A stretch of 64,000 nt of DNA, taken from the NCBI GenBank assembly GCA_017645645.1, contig JAGCOB010000012.1, positions 20,597 through 84,596 of the forward strand, read 5' to 3'. The DNA comes from Prevotella sp. (GTDB lineage: Bacteria > Bacteroidota > Bacteroidia > Bacteroidales > Bacteroidaceae). Under the pieces are notes generated by a model that saw only the letters and a program-made list of their open reading frames with translations, made no database searches and was not told where the DNA came from. Positions 38,730 to 47,579 of the stretch are shown piece by piece (position 1 is the stretch's first letter; each line of letters opens with the position of its first letter). The position numbers and the translations under genes were made by a program.

Positions 38730-39602
38730 TTAACCAATAATCTTTTCTTCCAACAATTCTTTGATCATTCCCTCGATATCAGCATCAGAAGCCGTCAAAG
38801 TCTTCGACTCCTTAGCCTGGAACACAATGTTCTTAATAGCCTTCACCTTCGTAGGTGAGCCACTCAGACCGCACTGGTTCACATCACCGTCCACATCAGC
38901 AACGCTCCACTGGTTCAGTGTCAGATAAGGACGCTCCTCGTAGAGCTTATCATAGGGTGTACCCTCAGCAGGACGCTCCATCGGACAAGTAGCACGCTTG
39001 TACTTCATCACCAGTTTGGCATTCTGGGGACGACAGGGAGCAGCACTTCCGTTCACGGTAATCACCACTGGCAGCGGAGCCTCAACAGTCTCCACACCAC
39101 CGTCAATCACACGCTTGATAGTTGCCTTGCCATCCTTTACGCTCAGAACCTCCTCTGCATAAGTCACCTGATTCAGTCCTAACTTCTGAGCCACCTGCGG
39201 ACCTACCTGTGCGGTATCACCATCAATAGCCTGACGACCACCAATCACGATGTCCACATCACCAATCTTCTTGATGGCAGTAGCGAGGGCGTAAGAGGTA
39301 GCGAGGGTATCGGCACCAGCAAACAGACGGTCAGTCAGCAACCAACCTGTATCTGCACCACGATAAAGTCCCTGACGGATAATCTCACCTGCACGTGGAG
39401 GACCCATCGTGAGGATTCCTACTGTTGAGCCCGGATTCTGCTCTTTCAGACGAAGAGCCTGCTCCAAGGCATTCAAATCTTCTGGGTTGAAGATGGCAGG
39501 TAAGGCAGCACGGTTGACCGTTCCTTCGGCTGTCATAGCATCCTTACCCACATTACGGGTGTCTGGCACTTGCTTCGCCAGCACAACAATCTTTAAAGCC
39601 AT
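38730..39602 (-). CDS. etfB: Electron transfer flavoprotein beta subunit
   Basis: KQVPDT, NPEDLNALEQA, GADTLATS, GRQAIDGDTAQVGP; -7 box at 39656-39663 (minus strand). Confidence 0.96.
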   Translation of the reverse strand: MALKIVVLAKQVPDTRNVGKDAMTAEGTVNRAALPAIFNPEDLNALEQALRLKEQNPGSTVGILTMGPPRAGEIIRQGLYRGADTGWLLTDRLFAGADTLATSYALATAIKKIGDVDIVIGGRQAIDGDTAQVGPQVAQKLGLNQVTYAEEVLSVKDGKATIKRVIDGGVETVEAPLPVVITVNGSAAPCRPQNAKLVMKYKRATCPMERPAEGTPYDKLYEERPYLTLNQWSVADVDGDVNQCGLSGSPTKVKAIKNIVFQAKESKTLTASDADIEGMIKELLEEKIIG

Positions 39603-39777
39603 AAAATATTATTATAATAATGTGTTACTTTGCAATGCCTTTTTTTAAGGCGATGCAAAGGTACTGCTTTTTGCGCACATAGCCAAACAAATTGCACAAA
39701 AAGGGATAAAACGTGCACATTTCTTCCGTTTTGTGCAACAATTTCTTATTTTTTTAAAAAAGAAGTCGTATTGTTCC

Positions 39778-40348
39778 TGTTCTCAGAAATAATTATTATC
39801 TTTGTCGACTGATACAGATAATCAAACAGATACATATGAGAAGATTAGTTACACTGGCCGTTGTCATGATGATGGCGATGACGGCAACATACGCCCAGAA
39901 GCGTACAAGTTACAAGTTTACGTTTAAGTATGCCATTGAAATTGAGTCGCAAGATGAAGCTAACTGCGACGTCTTGTTCGAGATTGTTGACAAACCAGGA
40001 GAGACTCCGTATATCAACTTGGTCAACAATGCGGACAATGACACTGAACGCGAGGAGTTGAAACCTGTCGTCGTATACAAGGAAAACGACAATAGCGTTT
40101 TCTTCTTTAAGGAGGATGGTTCCGAGTTTTACAATCTCAGTATGTCGGTCAAGGGCGGTAATGCCCCCATCTGCATCTTGCTTGTGATGGAAAATGATGA
40201 CAACGGTACACCAAAGCTCCAATATGGTCTTAGCAACGAAGAAGGCACACCCGATAACGCAGAGTGCGCCGCCACCTTCAAGGCCTTGACTGATAATGTG
40301 AAGGCTAATGCACTGAACAACTTTAGTGTCAAGACCCTTCAGTAAGGC
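39778..40348 (+). repeat. Copy 1 of a ~570-bp direct duplication (promoter plus gene)
   Basis: 58 bp of identical upstream sequence including TATCTTTG, the whole CDS and ...CAGTAAGGC match 42719-43277. Confidence 0.95.
39836..40345 (+). CDS. Secreted hypothetical protein, paralogue A (169 aa)
   Basis: Signal peptide (TYA-Q); -7 box at 39797-39804; near-identical second copy in window. Confidence 0.85.
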   Translation: MRRLVTLAVVMMMAMTATYAQKRTSYKFTFKYAIEIESQDEANCDVLFEIVDKPGETPYINLVNNADNDTEREELKPVVVYKENDNSVFFFKEDGSEFYNLSMSVKGGNAPICILLVMENDDNGTPKLQYGLSNEEGTPDNAECAATFKALTDNVKANALNNFSVKTLQ

Positions 40349-40616
40349 TCATTTTGGAGTCCTCTGCCAACTCTACTACACGCTCTATGGCATCACAGAT
40401 GTAATAGAACGAATAACGCTTCGACACAAAAAAGTCGCTACCCCATCCTTTCAGTTCGCCCACACTGCTACGCGACAGGCCACCGATACGCTTGCCCTGC
40501 TCGTTATAGACGTAGTACCAGTTCTTCGTCTCTTCGATATACGATATCTGCTGGCAAAGCCCTCGTGTAGCTATTGCTAACAGAAATAATAGAATTGTAA
40601 ACAGCCTTTTTGTCAT
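40329..40616 (-). pseudogene. Probably truncated or chimeric secreted protein
   Basis: Signal peptide and repeat-like ISYIEETKNWYYVYNEQGKRIG...FYYICDA, then an unrelated-looking tail that runs into the antisense of the duplicated gene; own -7 box at 40653-40660. Confidence 0.5.
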
Positions 40617-40704
40617 GAATGTCTTTAGTAGTTTTAAGTTTCACATTGAGTACAAAGTTACGAAAAAAGATTGTTCCACAAAACAATTCCGAAAAAATAT
40701 TGTT

Positions 40705-40926
40705 TCATGCAGCAAGAGCCAACGACTCTTGCTGTTTGGGTGAGAGGTGGAAATATTTGGTCATTTTATTAAGGAGAGAAGTGGTTTGATCCTGATTGAG
40801 GTCAAAGATGGTGAGGGTATAGACCCCAAGGTTAAATGATGGTGTGAAGAAGACTCTTTTGTTGTTGAGGTACTTTTGGATTTTGTTGAAGTAGTTCTTG
40901 GAACTGGTTTTAATTGTTATAGCCAT
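40705..40926 (-). CDS. Small basic hypothetical protein (73 aa) ending in LALAA
   Basis: AT-rich ORF MAITIKTSSKNYFNK...QQESLALAA; start chosen at ATG 40926 after an A-rich leader. Confidence 0.6.
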   Translation of the reverse strand: MAITIKTSSKNYFNKIQKYLNNKRVFFTPSFNLGVYTLTIFDLNQDQTTSLLNKMTKYFHLSPKQQESLALAA

Positions 40927-41042
40927 ATCTTTTGAATTTAAATGTTTGATGTGCATAATATAGACACATTCGCGAAAAAATTCAAAAAACATGGCAACTT
41001 TTTTTTAAAAGTATAATTATAAGTTCAAAGGAACCTCTTTCG

Positions 41043-42413
41043 TCATTTGACAGATTCTAATGCTGGCAATATAACCGCATCTTCCTGCGAGGGATTCTGA
41101 AGGAACATACAATAGTAGATGGGCATATATGTAGCACCTTTCTTCTTGTACACTTTACGCTCATTGGAAAAAACGATAGCCCGGGTGATGCCATATTCAG
41201 GAGTCTCAAGAAACTTTGTCAGTGCACTATGTTCCGTATAGTCTTTCCCTGATTTAATTTCTAAGGGCAACACCTGAAGCCTCTTATAGTCATCAATAAG
41301 GAAATCCACTTCACCTTTTCTCTTGTTGTCGTAATAATGCAGTTTAAACTGATGGGCAGCAAGTTCCTGGGCAACAACCGACTCATATACTGTTCCAAGG
41401 TTGATGCTCTTGATGTCCTGAAGCACTGCATTCACATTGACTCCATAGAGCAGATTTGTCAACAGGCCTACATCGTTTAGGTACAGTTTTAATAGGCGTT
41501 TCTGCTCCGACTCTGCTAATGGGAAACGTGGATTGCTGATGGCCAACACCTCTAAGGCAACCCCCGAATTAGTAAGATATTCAAACTCGTCGGCATAATC
41601 AGAAAAATGCTTACCCGTCTTGTTTTCTATCTTGTTGTAAACAACCCGTTTCTTTTTGTTCTCCAAATTGCTGGGAATCAAGTCATAAATGCGACGAATA
41701 ATCAGCCTGTGCTCCTCGTCGTATTGTGAAGCATCGATTCGGTAGAGTTCATGAATATCCCTATGCACGGTCCTTACACGTACCATATTCCTATCCGCTA
41801 AATATTTATTGACAGCTTCGGGCAAACCACCAATCAGCAAATAATATTGAAATCGCTTGAGTAACAAGTCATGCGTACTCTCATCCAGACTCTCCTCACG
41901 CTCGAAAGCACCGCGTATATGTTCTATCCATTCTTTGCTGATGCCTGTAGCCCAAAGGAATTCCTCAAAATCGAGAGGGTACATCTGTTCGATAGTAATG
42001 CTGCCAATAGGTACCGACGGGGTCTCAGACAATGCCACACCCAGCTGTGAACCACTGGCTATAAAACGGTACTTCCCTTCCTGATTGAGGAACTTTAGCA
42101 TAGTCATCAGGTGCGGATAACTCTGAATCTCATCGAGAAATACGAGTGTGTCAGACTTATTTCCCAGAGGCTTAGAGTAGTAATTTCCAAGCCGCATGTA
42201 CAAATCGTTAGTAGTCTTCACGCTGGCGAACACTTGATCACCTTCCTTGTCTTCTTTCAGGTTGATTTCCACGAAATGTTTGAAAAGCCTTCTGCCAACG
42301 TAACGCACAAGATAAGACTTTCCTATCTGCCTTGCACCATTGACCAACAGAATCTTATTGGGCTCGTCGGTCAGGAACTGTTCCAAATACCGAGTGAATT
42401 TTCGTTCAAGCAT
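41043..42413 (-). CDS. AAA_14 ATPase with DUF4143 and C-terminal PD-(D/E)xK-like domain
   Basis: GARQIGKS (Walker A), FLDEIQ (Walker B), ASGSQL, MYPLDFEEFL, IGGLPEAV, KLYLNDVGLL, GEVDF...PLEIKSG. Confidence 0.92.
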   Translation of the reverse strand: MLERKFTRYLEQFLTDEPNKILLVNGARQIGKSYLVRYVGRRLFKHFVEINLKEDKEGDQVFASVKTTNDLYMRLGNYYSKPLGNKSDTLVFLDEIQSYPHLMTMLKFLNQEGKYRFIASGSQLGVALSETPSVPIGSITIEQMYPLDFEEFLWATGISKEWIEHIRGAFEREESLDESTHDLLLKRFQYYLLIGGLPEAVNKYLADRNMVRVRTVHRDIHELYRIDASQYDEEHRLIIRRIYDLIPSNLENKKKRVVYNKIENKTGKHFSDYADEFEYLTNSGVALEVLAISNPRFPLAESEQKRLLKLYLNDVGLLTNLLYGVNVNAVLQDIKSINLGTVYESVVAQELAAHQFKLHYYDNKRKGEVDFLIDDYKRLQVLPLEIKSGKDYTEHSALTKFLETPEYGITRAIVFSNERKVYKKKGATYMPIYYCMFLQNPSQEDAVILPALESVK

Positions 42414-42480
42414 CTTATGACTTTATTAAATACAGCGATGCAAAGATAATAATTTTATTGCAAACCACCAAGGAAAAAAC

Positions 42481-42556
42481 CATTTATTCCATATTTTTTT
42501 CGCTATTTTATAACACTTATTCCGTTTTTTATTGACTTAAAAGTTCCACTTATTCC
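42481..42556. promoter_or_regulatory. Three CA(T/C)TTATTCC boxes at 33-bp spacing upstream of the AAA gene
   Basis: Boxes start at 42481, 42514 and 42547; -7 box CAAAGATA at 42441-42448. Confidence 0.6.
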
Positions 42557-42569
42557 ACTTTTGAAGAAG

Positions 42570-42722
42570 TCAACTGTTCAAAGGAACCTCTTCCAGAAGG
42601 AAGGGTATAATTCCGACATACATGATGCCGTCTTCATCCATCTAGGCCTTTGCATTTCCGTAGATGATAACGATCTTGCGGAAGAAGTCGCCAGAGTTTT
42701 TTTAGGGAGAAGGTCTCTTGTT
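42570..42722 (-). pseudogene. C-terminal remnant of a second AAA-DUF4143-type gene
   Basis: Manual translation EQETFSL(+1 in A7 run)KNSGDFFRKIVIIYGNAKA*MDEDGIMYVGIIPFLLEEVPLNS*; resembles C-termini of Bacteroidales DUF4143 ATPases (from memory); cut off at the edge of duplication copy 2. Confidence 0.65.
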
Positions 42723-43277
42723 CTCAGAAATAATTATTATCTTTGTCGACTGATACAGATAATCAAACAGATACATATGAGAAGACTAGTTACACTGGCC
42801 GTTGTCACGATGATGGCGATGACGGCAACATACGCCCAGAAGCGTACAAGTTACAAGTTCAGGTTTAAGTATGCCGTTGAAATTGAGATGGAAATTGGAG
42901 CTAACTGCGACGTCTTGTTCGAGATAGTTGACAAACCAGGAGAGACTCCGTATATCAACCTGGTCAACAATGCGGATAATGGCACTGAACGCAATGAGTT
43001 GAAACCTGTTGTCGTATACAAGGAAAGCAACAATAGCGTTTTCTTCTATAAGGAGGATGGTCCCGAGTTTTATGCTCTCTGTATGACGGCCAAGGGCGGC
43101 TGCACCTTGCTTGTGATGGAAAATGATGACAACGGTACGACAACACTCCAATATGGTCTTACCAACATAGAAGGCACACCCGATAACGCAGAGTGCGCCG
43201 CCACCTTCAAGGCCTTGATTGATCATGTGAAGGCTAATGCACTGAACAACTTTACTGTCAAGACCCTTCAGTAAGGC
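42719..43277 (+). repeat. Copy 2 of the ~570-bp direct duplication
   Basis: Matches 39778-40348 with a 12-bp in-frame deletion and scattered substitutions. Confidence 0.95.
42777..43274 (+). CDS. Secreted hypothetical protein, paralogue B (165 aa)
   Basis: Start at ATG 42777 by alignment to paralogue A (the ORF-track extension to 42561 is spurious). Confidence 0.85.
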   Translation: MRRLVTLAVVTMMAMTATYAQKRTSYKFRFKYAVEIEMEIGANCDVLFEIVDKPGETPYINLVNNADNGTERNELKPVVVYKESNNSVFFYKEDGPEFYALCMTAKGGCTLLVMENDDNGTTTLQYGLTNIEGTPDNAECAATFKALIDHVKANALNNFTVKTLQ

Positions 43278-43330
43278 GAAGGACTCTTTTTGAGAACCTT
43301 TATACCTCGATACCCCCAAGCAAAGGACCC

Positions 43331-43438
43331 GATAGGCGGCACCTAACGTATGGATGGGCGGCACCTAACTCATGGATAGGCGGCACCTAATGCATGGATA
43401 TGCGGCATCTAACTCGGGGAAATGGCACCTGACTCTGG
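43331..43438. repeat. 22-bp tandem repeat, four units plus one degenerate
   Basis: GATAGGCGGCACCTAACTCATG consensus at 43331, 43353, 43375, 43397 and degenerate at 43419. Confidence 0.88.
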
Positions 43439-43705
43439 AGGGAATGCCTTTTAAGGGTTACTCGGATATCTCCTATAGGTTGTTCCGATATCTGTTATAC
43501 CCCTATAGGAGGCATCGGAATACCCCCATAACAGATATTCGAATGAAGCATAGAAGGCATTCGCGTAAAATAGGGTGTATAAATATCCAAAATAGAAATG
43601 AATATTTTATCAAAAAACTTGGGGCATTCATGATTATTTTGTATCTTTGCACATCCATTTAATATTCAACTCTTCTGCGATAATCATGGAAAATGTACAA
43701 AAGAT

Positions 43706-43856
43706 GGTCACGGTCACAACTGTGACCATGTGACCGCAGAGGACGACGATGAGATGAGTTAACAATGTAACATTTTGATATACAGATATTTATAAATAAA
43801 CTAATGACATCAACGAAGCGAAATGGTCACATGGTCACAGCTGTGACCATGTGACC
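43706..43856. promoter_or_regulatory. Pair of GGTCAC/GTGACC palindromes
   Basis: Perfect 32-bp palindrome GGTCACATGGTCACAGCTGTGACCATGTGACC at 43825-43856 and an imperfect copy at 43706-43735, downstream of a -7 box at 43642-43649. Confidence 0.7.
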
Positions 43857-43877
43857 GATAGAACGAAATCAAGAGTT

Positions 43878-45326
43878 ATGACGACAGAAATAATAAAGAG
43901 AATTGTTGACGATGAGCGCGCAGAGCAACTGACTGCCCAGCTATGCCATCATTGGGAAGTGGTTACACAAAGACTGGACACGCTGGCACAAGAAGTAACA
44001 AGTGGTATGGACACCTGCATCGAAGCGGAGATCTATGCCGCCCAGATGCGTATGCAGCGTACAGTGATGGCACTGATGGAACTGAACAAGATACCCACAG
44101 CATTTTTGTTTTCAGAGTATCTGGAGCGCATCAACAAGACCGTATCAAACACCAGCATACGCCAGTCGGTCATGACACTGGTACAACGACTATTGGGCGG
44201 AACATCGCCTACCAAACAAGCGGCATCGTTCTTCGACATGGTTATCCAGACGATGACACAACACGTGGCATTGCCTACAGAACAACAGGAGGTCATTCGA
44301 CAACAGGTGTCGTCACAATACATCTTCAGCGTATGTGCCCAACACCTGAATCCTGAGGACTTGATGATGGTGGCACAAATCATTCAGAACATCAATACCG
44401 AAGGCGACGCAAAGGAGCAGGAAGAGATTACCAGTCAACTTCAGAACATGCGACAGGCGATGGAAACGCTTGACAGGCAGATGAGCGAGAGTCTGCAGAT
44501 GATGCTGATAGGACTGTTATTGTTGATGTTGTTACCTGGTTTGTTGGTCAGTCTGATGCAGCAACGCCGAACCGACAGCAAGGCAAAGGCCCAGTTATTT
44601 AATAAAGTACTCATACAGGTGCGTGAGAGCAACATATGGTGGGAGTATTGGCAAGAGCGTTGCGAAACACTACGTGTGGTCAGCGACAGCAGTTCGTGGA
44701 AGGAGATCATGACAGCAGAACGCACCAAGGAGCGCACAGAACTGGGAAAAGTGCCTGGAGGGTTGTTTGCCAAGTGGACCACCGACCGCAAGGCCTTCGA
44801 TGAGTTTTTCCTCGATGCCAGCCTCGATGACGATGCCCTGCGCCACTTCATTTTCCATCTGGCGACCCTGTCGGAGATTGCCCGAGAACTCAACCCCACC
44901 ACCAAGTTTGGCGACGAGCAACTGGTACTGGACGACCTGCAGCGCGTGGGCGACGCTGTCCTTGAGGCTGCCAACAGACTCAGCGATTTAGTAACCAAGT
45001 CATGGTTCCCTCATTATAACGCCATGTGGCAGGAGCTGATTCAGAACGAAACCATCTTTGCCCATCTGAAAGTGACACGCAGGAGTCCACACAACAACCT
45101 GTTTACTGCACGTTTCTTCTGCCACTTGGTGGGAGAAATGAAAAAAAGTGCAGTCTTCGGAGCACATTCCGACAATGATCTGGCAGAAAAACTGACAGAA
45201 AAGCGATATGTGGGTACTTTTAGGAAAAATATCCAAGAAGGAATGGGCGAAGAAACAGGAAATGTGCAAAAGACGTTCAACGCTATCTATCAGAAATATA
45301 AGCAGTTAGCAAACACTAAAAGATAA
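43878..45326 (+). CDS. Hypothetical, mostly alpha-helical protein with a central hydrophobic segment
   Basis: Long ORF; start moved to ATG 43878; MMLIGLLLLMLLPGLLVSLM segment; no family recognised. Confidence 0.75.
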   Translation: MTTEIIKRIVDDERAEQLTAQLCHHWEVVTQRLDTLAQEVTSGMDTCIEAEIYAAQMRMQRTVMALMELNKIPTAFLFSEYLERINKTVSNTSIRQSVMTLVQRLLGGTSPTKQAASFFDMVIQTMTQHVALPTEQQEVIRQQVSSQYIFSVCAQHLNPEDLMMVAQIIQNINTEGDAKEQEEITSQLQNMRQAMETLDRQMSESLQMMLIGLLLLMLLPGLLVSLMQQRRTDSKAKAQLFNKVLIQVRESNIWWEYWQERCETLRVVSDSSSWKEIMTAERTKERTELGKVPGGLFAKWTTDRKAFDEFFLDASLDDDALRHFIFHLATLSEIARELNPTTKFGDEQLVLDDLQRVGDAVLEAANRLSDLVTKSWFPHYNAMWQELIQNETIFAHLKVTRRSPHNNLFTARFFCHLVGEMKKSAVFGAHSDNDLAEKLTEKRYVGTFRKNIQEGMGEETGNVQKTFNAIYQKYKQLANTKR

Positions 45327-45401
45327 CTTCACGCATTTGCACTTTAACTTTTGATATCCCATTTTGAAGGTGCAAAACCCCTTGTGACCTTTGCCGCCGT
45401 T

Positions 45402-47579
45402 ATGATTTGCATAGCATCATCATTTAGCGGCAAGCCTCGCAAGGCGAGCATGGCTGCTTACCGTCAACTGCTGGCGGAGAATCACGTAGAGGAAATCCTT
45501 CAGGACGTGAAGCAGAACAAAAATTTGGATCGCAAGAAGGAGCTGCCCGTGTGGCTGCCTCTTGCACAGTGTTTTAACAATGGTACGCGCAAGGCTGAGG
45601 ACGCAGTATCCTCAGGACTCTTCTTCCTCGATATCGACGAGAAGGGACTGACAGAACAGCTTTGGCAGAAAGTGCAGGACGAGAACCTCATTGGAGAATT
45701 CCGCATCGTCTACTTTGCCGAGAGTGCAGGTGGTGGTACGCACATCTGGGCTTGGCGAACACCAGGAGCAACCATCGAGGAGGACATCCAGAAGTTGGCG
45801 AGTCGCCTGGGTGTCAACTATGACTCGCATGTGACTGATTTAGCGCGCTGCTGTTTTATGGTCAGCGAACAGTATGTGAAGCTGCTTGACCCAGTAGTGT
45901 TTGAGGATCAGCCTTCGTCCCCTGAGTTAGGGGACCATAGGGGTCTGAACGAAGTGCCACCTCTTACTGAAAAGAACGAAAATGGCTCTGAAACTTGTTC
46001 AGACCCCCAACCCCCTAACTTAGGGGGCGTGAACTATAAAGGCATTCCCTACGAGAATATTTTACAGGCTCTGCTTTGGAAGTTGGGCTATGGCGATGCA
46101 CCTGCTGAGGGCGAGCGTAACATGGCTCTCTACACCATGAGTCGCTACCTGCGTTTCATCTGTGACTTCGACGAACAGAAACTCTTTGCGATTCTACCCC
46201 ATTGGGGACTGTCGGATCATGAGGTATTGTCCACCATCAAGAGTGCCATAGGCAGCACACGACCTGCAGGTATTCCTTCGATGATGAACGAGATACTCTC
46301 GTCGTTGGGAGCAGCTATCGAAGCAGGCTCAGCAGAGGCTGAAGAAACGACTGTCGCTCCAGTCGAAGCAGAGTTGCCTGGTATCCTTCAGGACTTGTCC
46401 GACCACGCTCCAGAGGAGTTCCGTGAGGCGACGCTGATAGCAGCAATGCCAATGCTGGGAACGTTGGCATCAGGTATCCGTGCCAAGTATCGCGATGGCA
46501 AGCTGAACTCACCCAGTTTCATCGTAGATATCGAGGCTCCTCAAGCCACAGGTAAGTCGTTTGTTGACAATGAATTTGAGTTGCTGATGGACCCTATCAT
46601 CAAGCAGGACGAGGTGGAATGGCAGAAGGAGATTGCCTATTCGCTGGCGAAGAAAGACGGCGAGGATGTCGAGAATCCTTGTGCCCAGATCCGCATCATC
46701 GAACCCAACATCGGTGTGTCAGCATTCTTGGAGCGTGCCCTCTATGCCAAAGGCAAGCATCTCTTTACCTATGCCCCTGAGATTGAAACGGTATTGAAGA
46801 ACAACAAGGGTGGGGCGTGGACAGAGAAGAACGACCTCTTCCGCCTGGCTTATGACAACAAACCCTGGGGTCAGCATCGCATCTCGAAGGATTCGTTCTC
46901 TGGAAAAATCACCCTCTATTACAATATGGTGATGTGTGGAACACCCAACAAGTGCCGAGCCTTCTTTGCTGATGCGGAGAGTGGATTAGTGAGCCGAGTA
47001 ACACCTGTTATTCTACCTGATATGGTGGGTGCGAAGATGCCTCAGTTCAAGGCATGGAGCCAGGAAGAGGTAGAGAAGGTGAAGCGCCAGTGCCTTTGTC
47101 TGATGGACGAGGAGGGTGAGGTGGATTTGCCGCTCATCAACAAGGCCATCGAGGAATGGGATGAAGGCAAGCGTCAGGAGTATCTGCAGACGTTGCGCTA
47201 CTCTCTTGATGTACTGCGTCGTCGTGCTGCCCTCAATGGTTTCCGAGCCGGCATCATCGCCTATCTGCTCGAAGGTCGTCAGGAAACGGAGCGCGCCATA
47301 AAGTTTGCCCTCTGGTATGCTGAGCGTTGTCTCCACTACCAGTTACAGCTCTATGGCACCAAGATTGATGCTTTGCACAACAACACGTTGAGTCCGCAGA
47401 CTTCGAAGGGTAACATCCGCTATCTGGATGCGTTGCCCAAGGAGTTTACGAAGGAAGACTTGGTAAACCTCCGTCTGTCTAACAACGAGTCGCCAGTAGT
47501 AAAGACCATCATCTACCGCTGGGTAAAAGAAGGTATCGTCGTGAAAACCAACACCAATCTCTGGCAGAAGATCCAATAA
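45402..47579 (+). CDS. BT4734/VirE-N-type primase-polymerase fused to PriCT and DUF3987-like P-loop NTPase
   Basis: AEP-like motifs FFLDID, ESAGGGTHI, DSHVTDLARCCF; EGERNMALY; APQATGKS Walker A; GLVSRV; C-terminal wHTH-like LDALPKEFTKEDL. Confidence 0.82.
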   Translation: MICIASSFSGKPRKASMAAYRQLLAENHVEEILQDVKQNKNLDRKKELPVWLPLAQCFNNGTRKAEDAVSSGLFFLDIDEKGLTEQLWQKVQDENLIGEFRIVYFAESAGGGTHIWAWRTPGATIEEDIQKLASRLGVNYDSHVTDLARCCFMVSEQYVKLLDPVVFEDQPSSPELGDHRGLNEVPPLTEKNENGSETCSDPQPPNLGGVNYKGIPYENILQALLWKLGYGDAPAEGERNMALYTMSRYLRFICDFDEQKLFAILPHWGLSDHEVLSTIKSAIGSTRPAGIPSMMNEILSSLGAAIEAGSAEAEETTVAPVEAELPGILQDLSDHAPEEFREATLIAAMPMLGTLASGIRAKYRDGKLNSPSFIVDIEAPQATGKSFVDNEFELLMDPIIKQDEVEWQKEIAYSLAKKDGEDVENPCAQIRIIEPNIGVSAFLERALYAKGKHLFTYAPEIETVLKNNKGGAWTEKNDLFRLAYDNKPWGQHRISKDSFSGKITLYYNMVMCGTPNKCRAFFADAESGLVSRVTPVILPDMVGAKMPQFKAWSQEEVEKVKRQCLCLMDEEGEVDLPLINKAIEEWDEGKRQEYLQTLRYSLDVLRRRAALNGFRAGIIAYLLEGRQETERAIKFALWYAERCLHYQLQLYGTKIDALHNNTLSPQTSKGNIRYLDALPKEFTKEDLVNLRLSNNESPVVKTIIYRWVKEGIVVKTNTNLWQKIQ
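45917..46028. repeat. REPIN-like inverted doublet in frame inside the primase-helicase gene
   Basis: Left arm GTCCCCTGAGTTAGGGGACCATAGGGGTCTGAAC, right arm GTTCAGACCCCCAACCCCCTAACTTAGGGGGC; second copy at 60651-60726. Confidence 0.88.

Larger units (their letters stand above)
41023..42592. mobile_element. Single-gene cassette bounded by 17-bp direct repeats
   Basis: GTTCAAAGGAACCTCTT at 41023-41039 and 42576-42592 encloses exactly the AAA-DUF4143 gene and its upstream region. Confidence 0.65.

Noticed and set aside
39670-39740. TGCACA-containing inverted and direct repeats upstream of etfB
   Set aside because: Could be an operator, but the motifs are short and in AT-rich DNA, so support is too weak
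42561-42776. N-terminal extension of paralogue B in the ORF track
   Set aside because: Crosses the promoter and the antisense pseudogene remnant; alignment with paralogue A fixes the start at 42777
39836-43274. DGR template/variable repeat pair for the duplicated gene
   Set aside because: Differences are not confined to adenines in either copy, include an indel, and both copies are full genes with promoters
43331-43438. CRISPR array
   Set aside because: 22-bp period leaves no room for spacers, and units are degenerate
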